This document shows positions 36,724-45,158 of a stretch of DNA of 45,158 bases, in pieces. The position numbers and the translations under genes are program-made. Source of the stretch: Mesotaenium endlicherianum (lineage: Eukaryota); the NCBI GenBank assembly GCA_009602735.1, contig WELA01003054.1:250016-295173 (forward strand), written 5' to 3'. Within the stretch, counting starts at the first letter, position 1. Each line of letters opens with the position of its first letter. The notes under the pieces were generated by a model, which saw only the letters and a list, made by a program, of their open reading frames with translations, ran no database searches and had not been told where the DNA came from.

Positions 36724-37925
36724 AGTCCAGCCGTCATGAGAGCTTCTTTTTCAGCCGGGGAGAGTCTTGCTTTCACTCCTTGCTGGTTTCTTGCATCATA
36801 AGTGTCATTGGAGGGTCTTCCACTCTTCCGGGCAGCCGCGGGGTCCCTTTTAATAACTCCGATTTCCATGGGTGTGGGTCCAGATTCGGATGTGGAAGGG
36901 GCTGCGTACACCCGCGTCGTCGGTACCCGTGAAGATGAAGGCACGGAGTGCTTGAAATCCAAGGTATCCACCTTTTGGGCCACTTCAATGATCTTTGAGA
37001 AGTCCGTCAAGTCGCGTAACTCCACTTCCTTTGCCACCTTGGGTTTGAGGCCAAAGATGTAGCGGTCAATCTTCTCCTCGAGAGACATGTTGGGGATCTC
37101 AAGAGTGAGGGCGTGAAATCTGGATGTATACTCTTGAACGGACGTCGTTTGCTTGAGATGGTGGAGCTTTCCTCGGGCAATCTTCTCCGCATTGATGGGC
37201 ATGAATTGCTTCTTGAGGGCCTCACGAAAATCTGCCCATCTTGCATATGATGGTGGGGGCTCTTGGCCGAGCATGGGGTGCGCCATAGCTTGATATATAG
37301 CCGCTTGATAGTTACGCCACCATGATGTTGCTGCTCCTCTAAGTAAGGTAACGGCAAAGGGAACGTAGTCCTCCTCGGGTACTTCAAGGAATGCGAGGTA
37401 CGTCTCCACTTGGTAGAGCCATAAATTCAGGTTGGCACCTTTCCCGGGGTTGAAAGTGTCGGGTTTGCCGGGCTTGATGAGTTTCCTTGCTCTCGTTGGC
37501 TCTTGTGGAGGCGCTTGAGCCGGGGCTGGATTTTGAGCATTGCTCGCAATAGGGGCAACCATGGCAGCCATAGCTTCTCTTGACGCTTGCACGGTTGCTT
37601 CATAGGTGGCCAAGCCCACTTGGTTGTGGACGGTCATTAGGAAGGCTGCCCACTCATTTGCGGGAACTCCTTGTGGTGGGGTCAACTTTGCTATAGCGGC
37701 TGCCACGGGATTTGACGGTGCTCCTCCTTGTGGTGCTTCTTGTTGTTGGAGATTTCCTTGAGTAGGCTCTCCCATCGACGCTGGAGGAGGGTGTGCTCCT
37801 CCTTGTGGTGCTTCTTGTTGTTGCAGATTTTCTTGAGTGGGCTCTCCCATCGGCGCTGGAGGAGGGTGTCTTGGAGAGGAAGGGCTTCCTTCGAAAGCTT
37901 GCTGTTGGTCTTGAGGATCGGCCAT
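36645..37925 (-). CDS. gag: Gag, 426 aa, copy B
   Basis: Protein identical to copy A Gag in the ORF track. Confidence 0.93.
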   Translation of the reverse strand: MADPQDQQQAFEGSPSSPRHPPPAPMGEPTQENLQQQEAPQGGAHPPPASMGEPTQGNLQQQEAPQGGAPSNPVAAAIAKLTPPQGVPANEWAAFLMTVHNQVGLATYEATVQASREAMAAMVAPIASNAQNPAPAQAPPQEPTRARKLIKPGKPDTFNPGKGANLNLWLYQVETYLAFLEVPEEDYVPFAVTLLRGAATSWWRNYQAAIYQAMAHPMLGQEPPPSYARWADFREALKKQFMPINAEKIARGKLHHLKQTTSVQEYTSRFHALTLEIPNMSLEEKIDRYIFGLKPKVAKEVELRDLTDFSKIIEVAQKVDTLDFKHSVPSSSRVPTTRVYAAPSTSESGPTPMEIGVIKRDPAAARKSGRPSNDTYDARNQQGVKARLSPAEKEALMTAGLCFYCKEKGHRALSCPKKLSKNGQRR

Positions 37926-37949
37926 CTTCTTGTGCTACCAAAGTGCCTA

Positions 37950-37961
37950 GCTCCGATACCA
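37950..37961 (-). promoter_or_regulatory. Primer-binding site of copy B
   Basis: gctccgatacca is the reverse complement of TGGTATCGGAGC, next to the 5' LTR. Confidence 0.85.
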
Positions 37962-37962
37962 C

Positions 37963-38465
37963 TGTAGTGAAACAGATAGATAAAGTACTTAGTAAAACAG
38001 AATACTTTATCTATTCAAGACAAGGATCTTTGAACACAAGTGGTAGCTTCTTGAAAGAGAGATGGCTTCTTGAAAGTTAATATATTTCTGGATTTTGGCA
38101 AGTACAAGAGTGATTCTGGAATGTCTTTCTATGTTCTAGCTCTTGTTTATATACTTGCTACATAAGTAATTTCTAGGAAGGTGTATTTTGATGTGTTGGC
38201 ACCCAACACATCCCAAAACTTGCCACCTCTTTCTAGAATAATGTACACATGTCCTTTTGACCTAAAAATGGCACATCTGACTTTTGCCACATGGAGTTCT
38301 TCTAGGTCTTTCCTCTAACTTCGAAAATGCCTTAAAAGGTTCAAAGGACATGAACCAAGTTACTAGAGTACCTATTCACACTTGACTCCACACAATACCA
38401 CTCCAAATATATTTGAAAACATTAAAATATATGCATACCAATATATAATAACTCAAATCACTACA
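37963..38465 (-). repeat. 5' LTR of copy B
   Basis: Direct repeat of 31786-32288, flanked by TSD GTCAC. Confidence 0.95.
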
Positions 38466-38974
38466 GTCACTGCCCTGAAATGGCATCTTTCCAAAAGTTA
38501 GGGCAATTTCTTATAATTGGCGACCAAAAATAAGGCCTGTTCAACACACATAGTAGAGCCTATAACTTAAGAGCTCTACTTCCCTTCGTCTTCAAGTCAA
38601 AGACTCGGCAGCTTCTTCTTGAAGCTGCCATCACGTAGGCATCCCATTGCCATGTAATGGGAAAACCTGAAGCACATCCTAATATTCCAACGTATTCCAA
38701 CGTAGAGAAGGTGCTTAATTGCCAACGTATGTCTATTTTCTAATAATAGAGCATGTGCATAATTTAGAATGCGTTGTGTGTTCTACAATGCGCTGATTTG
38801 CAAAGGAATATTCATCCTACATCTATATGGAAGTTGTCGTGCATTGTGGGGTCGAACGCGTCTGACCAGCATAAGCAACACACAAGAAGGCAAGCAAGAT
38901 TTGCTATTGTGGAAGCGAAAATGCATGTGGCCTTAAGGCCAAAGAAGATCAGCTCTCAAATGTTTTAATTAGGG

Positions 38975-39102
38975 AACGTATACTCTCCAGAGTGAGCACC
39001 TCAAGACTGTAATCTGGTAGGAAAACAACTAATGAAGTAACGTGTACTCTCCAGAGTGAGCACCTCAAGATTGTAATTTGGTAGGAAAACAATTAATGAA
39101 GT
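38975..39102. repeat. 64-bp tandem duplication (2 units)
   Basis: 38975-39038 and 39039-39102 (aacgtRtactctccagagtgagcacctcaaga...aatgaagt) differ by 4 transitions. Confidence 0.9.
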
Positions 39103-40716
39103 CTGGCCCAAAAGATCACTGGAAGCACATCATGATCTTCAAGAGTAGTCCTATGGCAGGGTTTAAGCTCTGACTTTGCTGACCACTTGTGAAGTTCTTC
39201 AAGTGACTGGAAGCCTGAAGGGCTTGCTCTTCACAAGAGAGAGACTAAGTGGTCCTGAAAACACAAGAGGTAAAGGTGTAAGCTTTACTGATAACTCTGT
39301 GGCTTACAGCTGGCATAATTGGACTTTTAAAAGACGTCCTTCTAGGGGCATCAACTGCTATATACGCCCGGCAAATCCGACGTTGAAGGCGGCGGATTCA
39401 ATGCACACAGTCATGCTAGGAGGCTCTCCTAGGTCCACGAGAGTGGAGGCAAGGCAAATACTAGCTCTCCTATTGGCTAAGCATAACACCCACCAATCAA
39501 ATATAGTGCAAGGAAGAGGATGCATGGCTATCATTGGCGGAGCTTACCTCGATCAATGCTACCTAGATAACGCCTCAAAAGTAAATCTAAAACGTAAGGA
39601 AGCTTCCTCTAGGAATGAGTGATGCAGTCACCAAGTTATAGCTCAAATGGTGCTCATATACTATGTTAATACATGCTAAGTGTACTTTATCAAGCTCGCG
39701 GATTTGTACGCTAATGGCTAGAGGTCCTTGGAGTCGCGAAGAGCCAAAAATGTGACCTTTGGGCACATTGAGTCACAAAGTGTTTCTTGGTGGAACTCCG
39801 CTAGGGGCCGGTAGGTGGCGCGGACTAGATCGCGAATATCTCGCAGGATACTTGACCAAATGGCGCGGAACCGGTGCCGTTCGGAAGGTGACTCGACGCG
39901 CTACACGATTCGGAACGCTAGCAAAAGTCAACATATGAATGCGTAAAGCAAGGTCAAAGTCGGCCTTCCTAGGTCGATGGTTGACACACGTGTGGCTCGG
40001 CTTGGGCGACGGTCCCGACCTAATGAGTCATGACAAAGTCGTCTAAGTAGATGCGTTCCCATACACTAATATAGAGAGTGTCGAACCTTCACAAAGCTCA
40101 CTGTCGACTGGTTACAGATTCTCACGATTATCCCTTCATTGATCAGCCAGCTTAGCCACAGGCCGGGCCAGACGTGCAGGGACATATGCACACTGGTTAA
40201 GTGCTAACACTGAGGTTATGTCACTAAGTGTTTCGTGCCTGAAGCTTTTGAAATGAAGGAGGTGCGTACCAATTTGAATCATAAATTACCACTTTTGGAT
40301 CTCCATGCGTGCTTCCAAATCAAGAATGACAATCAATATGATGTGCGAGCGTCTCATCAATTTCCCGCATTCGAAGGGGGGCTAAGTGAGGACATGTGAT
40401 GCAAAGGCTTTGTGGGGAAATTTGGATCGGAATATCATGCTTCCATGCACATGACGTTGCATACTGAATATTGGCCGTCGAACAAGTCCGATACAAGCAG
40501 CCCGTCACAAAATCCTTACGTATCACATCAACCCCAGCCTCATACCAGCACCAGCTTGAGAGCAAGAGCCAATTGCAACTGCTTCCAACGTGAGAGACGA
40601 CAAAATTAATCATGCAGCGAGGTCTGCAAGGCATGCCGGTTGGGCCATTAACATGCGTGGAGCTGAGCCCAGTATGATTCACCGCAAAAGATACAACTGG
40701 AAGGTGCTAAATTTCA

Positions 40717-42328
40717 TTATGAGACAATGGTAGGTAGGGCATGGGTCCATGTGGGTGTTGTCTGCTCATATACGTGCGCGTATTGCAAGAGCTCCACCTG
40801 CACAGAACAGAAAACATGGAGGAAGAAAGACAGGCAGACAGCCTCAGAAAGGACAACATCAAGAAGAACGGGGGCATTGGAGAATTCCTGAAGTGTGACT
40901 GTCGCTGCGTGACGCTTGCTGCAAATTGGCCGGCAGATCATTTCGAGACAGACAAGCTGCAGAGATGAACGTTAACATTTGCCCAAGAGAGCATTCACAC
41001 GCTAGAGACCACAGCCTCGCTCTCCTTTCCAGCACCCCTCTTTGGGCGTGCATGTGCATGCGTGCGCGCGTGTGTGTGTATCAGTATACGCGTGAGAGAG
41101 CGTGCACGCGTTGCCTAGTGTTGGCGACAAGCCTCGGAGATTCTCCACTCCGACGAAGGCCAACGAGGAAAGCGAGGCTTGACCTCAGATACATAAGACA
41201 CGCGTGGCGGCTGCCGCGCCATCCCGGTAAAAGTAAGGCATGAGTCTGCACGCGCTCACCTTGTCTGAACTTCCTGTTTGGAGTTTTGGGTGTAGCAGCA
41301 GAGTTCGACGTCGTCATCCGATCAAAGAGGGGCACTTTGTGGGAGGGCACAGGGTCTTGGAGAGGAGCAGAGGGATTTATGTCTGCGACAGCTACAAAAC
41401 AGCATTGCCCCTGACATGCTGCCACGAGGGCGTGCAAGCTGGGAGCTGACGGACAAGCGCAGAGAGTGAGTGAGTGAGTGCAAGGTGGAGAGAGGGAGGG
41501 AGAGAGAGAGCCCGAGCTCCTCACCCACCTCCCCAAATGCGGGTCCAATGATCTGGAGGCCAACAGGCAAGCCATGGGGGCCGCCGGAGGCCATGCCGCA
41601 CGGCAGCACAACAGCTGGCAGCCCCGCTAGGTTGACGTTCACCTGCGTCGCCCCAGCACGCAAACAACCTCTTCTCAGAACCTTCCCACACCCCACCTCC
41701 TCCCCTACCCCCTCTCCCACTGCCCCTCCCCTCAGAACGCGTCTGTAGCAAAGGTGGCAAAGATGGCAAAGGTGGGACTCAAATGCAGCTCGCCTAGGGG
41801 CCGTTCTGACAATCGTATTTCACTTTAAATAGAGAGGTGGGCTGATGTCAGGATTTCAGGTCAAGGCTCAGGGCATCTGTTGGTGTAAGGGGGTGGGGGC
41901 AGATGCGGGTTGCCAGTGGGGTGGTTCTCCTCGAAGACCCCCCGGCACTCCCGAGCAGCAGCACGTGCCACCTGGCGCGCCCTGAAACGGCGCGGGAGGA
42001 GGGCCGCTCTGACACGCGGCAAATTCTCGCCCTGCGTGCGCTCAACAATAGAAAAGCGCTCCTTCCACGCCTTACACCGAAGGAACACCGCCATGGGACC
42101 CTCTTTGTCCAGCAACAGGAGGCTTTGGTGAGGATGGCAGGCGCCCACGTTGGACCCTGGCCAAGTAAGAACAGCATCTGGAGCGAGACGGACAGCGCTC
42201 AGACGGCCTGATGTGACGTAACCACAAGCACTTGCTAGTGCAGGCTGGACTGAGCGCGTGGGCACGCCATGGGCCAGCCAGGCAGGCAGACAAGGCATCC
42301 AGTTCTTGAGCCGGGCTTGCGTATGTGT

Positions 42329-42383
<55 letters not shown>

Positions 42384-44543
42384 CGCACCGTCATGAGGTC
42401 GGCTGCATAAGCCGCGAGCGGATCTGCGGTCTTCTCACCTGCGGAGCACCAGCACACGCCATGCGCGCGTGTCAGAAAGCATGTGGGAGGAGCCCTTGGT
42501 CCCTTCCGTATGCTACAGGCAGACAGCACAGCGCAGCCGGCGTAGCCCGTTAGCCCTATGATTCTCTCTGAGACTAGGACGGCTCGGCTCCCCCCTGTAC
42601 ACAGACTTATGTCCGTGGAGCGAACGTTTCTCCACTTCACAGTACTGTGTGCAGAACATCATCTCACCTGTATCAGCGTTGCCAGCAGCCCAGTCCTCGC
42701 CCCTTGCAATGAAGGGGCTCTAATTTCTGGAGGCTCACTCTCAATAGGGGGCCGAGGGAGTGGTTGAGGAGTACGCACCCCCTCCCTTCCCACCACAAGC
42801 TTTCCCTCTTATTCTTTCTCACCCAGGCTTTTCCTCTCAAGAAGGGGGCAACCAGAGGAGAAGTAGAGCCCAATTTCCCCCCTTCCACAAACCCAAGCAC
42901 ACGCACACCTGGCAAATGTGGACACTCTCAATTCAACTCCTCATGCCTCCTCCAACCTAGCCTGCTGTCGGCAAGGAGGCAGAGGCAGTGAGGGACACAG
43001 GCTAGGAAAGCACAGCCATGTCCCCTTGCTCCCCTTGCTGCCAGTGCTGTACTTCTGGACGTCTCAACTCTCGCATACATCATCAAGGCTCCTAGTGCAT
43101 GTCTTCTGGCGCTTGATTTGTAGGGCGAGAAGGAGCCGAGAGATCATGCAACAGCAGACGAGCGGGCCGTAGCACGCGGGGGCCGGGCTGCCTGCCAGCT
43201 GGCACACACCGAGAAGGAGCCTGGAGGACGAGGTGCGGGGGGCACGGGGGTTCTGAGCGGGCGACAGAAGAAGAAGGAAAGAAGAGAAAGAAGAAGATTA
43301 AGAACGCACCCTTGCGATATGCGGCGGTGGGACAGGTGGGAGTGACGAGCGCGTCGAAACTCTTGAGGGCCTTCCCAAAGTCGCGCTGGATCAGCGTCCT
43401 CACCTGCGGCCCCATCCCATCCGCGCACCCCCGGCCCCAGCCCCAGCCCCACGCCCGCCATCGAGGAGACTCCACGGTCAGGAGGAGGCCCGAGTCTGCT
43501 GACGTGAAAGAGGAGGCGGCAATGTGGCAGCGGGGAAAGCGAGGAAAGCGAGGAAAGCGTGCATGCTACGAGCAGCAGAGGATGCGGAAGTGACACGTGT
43601 CGTCTCAATACTTGCATGTCCGCGTTTGAGTCGAGCAACTTGTGCGCAAACAGAGACGGAGACCTGCACCGCATGAGCTGTGCATGGGGCAGACACCGCA
43701 GGCAAGACACAAGGCACCCAGCAGGTGATTTTTGTTTATGCAGCCATGATCCCCCCGCAGCGCAAGCCCACGCTGGCCCGCTTGTCGGCTCCCCAGGAAC
43801 CCCCCCGGTGACAGGTGTCACCATGTCCAAGGCCGCCAGGCGCCTGCCCCACGCCTGGAGCAGCAGCGGCCGCAGCACAGCAGCAGCAGCAGCAGGGTAG
43901 GCGTTTATAGGTGATATTTGAGAGGATTGTGTGTGCTTGGGTGGAGCGTCGTCCGCTGCGTCGACTGTGTCAGCAAGGGCAAAGGTGACGGGGCCATTCC
44001 TGCCAGGGCTGTTGTCAGCTTGCATGCGGTGTTGGCGGCTGCCGTGCCAGCTGGCTTGCAGGGACAACAACAAGACCCCAGGAGGCCCATATGGTCTACC
44101 AGCAAGCCTGCGGGGCGCCGTGGAATCTTCTCGCATTATGACGATGGAAGACGACTGTGCAGCAAAAAAGGGGGCCTGACTCAATCCTCTTTTGGTTATG
44201 ATGCGGGGGGCCATGCAGGCAGCAGCAGGCGTGAATGATTGGCCACCCCGGCCAAACATGTCACGTGGAGAAAGGCGTGGAGAAAGACAGAGAAAATGCC
44301 AAGAAGGGGGAAAGGAAGGGGGGAGAGATTTGGCCGGCNNNNNNNNNNNNNNNNNNNNNNNNNNNNNNNNNNNNNNNNNNNNNNNNNNNNNNNNNNNNNN
44401 NNNNNNNNNNNNNNNNNNNNNNNNNNAGGTGGTTGGGGGGGGGGAGGGGGGGGCATTTGGGGCACCTGCTGGGCGCGCTTGTAGAAGGCGTCGTAGTATC
44501 CCGCGGAGAGCGCGTACGTGCCCGTCAGGATGCGCCGCTTCAC
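40717..44543 (-). CDS. GATA: Glutamyl-tRNA(Gln) amidotransferase subunit A (GatA/QRSL1), last five coding exons; gene continues past the window end
   Basis: Exons 44543-44466 ([26 protein letters not shown]), 43403-43310 (VRTLIQRDF...[16 protein letters not shown]), 42438-42389 ([17 protein letters not shown]), 41642-41529 ([16 protein letters not shown]...[15 protein letters not shown]) and 40797-40717 ([12 protein letters not shown]...*). All GT-AG with consistent phases. Confidence 0.93.
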
Positions 44544-45117
44544 CTGCACTCTTGCGCGGGTGCCGTTTGTGGGCGTCAGGGCGTGCGCCTCTCTCTCTCT
44601 GCGTGTGTGTGTGTTTGTGTGTTTAGAGTGTGTGAAAAAGTAAGCGTAGGCAGCGGGCAAGGCGGACGAGGCAGACGAGTGGCCACCAGATGAACGACAG
44701 GTGCAACGACATTGGCAATGATCGAGCGGAACGGCCTTTAGAGAGGCACTGCATGTCACAACTTTAGGGGAGCAATCACACACGCCGCGGGCGCCTGCCT
44801 GTGAGGCGCACATGCCTGAGGGCGCGCGTGTGAGTCAAACGTCGAGAGAGCGTAAGCCCCGCAACCGCACACACCTGCAGCTCTCGATTGCATGCCGGGC
44901 GGGACCCCGCCCGGCCCCAGCACGTGAGAGGTCCCAGTGAAGCAAGTGCCCCAACGCCTGAACGCAGCCCAAAAGTTTTGAGCCGGGAGCTTCAGGAGGA
45001 GGACCAGAAGGTCCCTACTCCAAGGGCTCGCTCTCAGCAAATATGTCTGAGTTGACAGTGCAGCACTGAGTGGCTTTGGGTGCAGGGCAGGGAAAGGAAG
45101 AAGAGGCGCGCGCACGC

Positions 45118-45158
<41 letters not shown>

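Larger units (their letters stand above)
31786..38465 (-). mobile_element. Full-length Ty3/gypsy chromovirus LTR retrotransposon, copy B (6680 bp), apparently intact
   Basis: LTRs 37963-38465 and 31786-32288 (503 bp each, about 9 differences by eye). Perfect TSD GTCAC (31781-31785 / 38466-38470). PBS 37950-37961, PPT 32289-32298, uninterrupted gag and pol. Confidence 0.97.

Noticed and set aside
38975..39102. CRISPR-like repeat
   Set aside because: Two adjacent 64-bp units with no spacers and no cas genes, in eukaryotic context.
38580..39622. Possible retroelement pol remnants (RVFDLKT on minus, DVLLG on plus; 148-aa ORF)
   Set aside because: Motifs too short to support a call without a profile search.
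43144..44259. 371-aa minus-strand ORF
   Set aside because: GC-rich GatA intron read-through in a non-coding frame; no domain.
1741..44543. Co-oriented cluster of organelle-related genes (carrier, MMAA, GatA)
   Set aside because: Unrelated pathways interrupted by CCS52 and a TE island; four genes on one strand is compatible with chance.

Overview
Eukaryotic nuclear DNA from an intron-rich, microsatellite-rich draft genome with several N gaps. The plant-type CCS52/FZR sequence suggests a green-plant lineage, possibly a streptophyte alga (inference). Four spliced host genes lie on the minus strand: a partial mitochondrial carrier (SLC25), the APC/C activator CCS52/FZR1 (Cdh1), an MMAA/MeaB GTPase and the 3' part of GatA/QRSL1. 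The centre (about 21.2-39 kb) is a transposon island. It holds two near-identical ~6.7-kb Ty3/gypsy chromoviruses inserted tail-to-tail 2.8 kb apart, each with its own LTRs, PBS, PPT, TSD and a -1 gag/pol frameshift signal. The first copy is nested in what looks like a decayed DIRS-type (tyrosine-recombinase) retroelement. Two hAT-type MITEs with 8-bp TSDs lie upstream of host genes. Many 3' splice sites lack a polypyrimidine tract and instead show a CTGAC branch motif followed by G-rich sequence. Most other ORFs in the track are spurious. All calls come from reading the sequence by eye; no searches were run.
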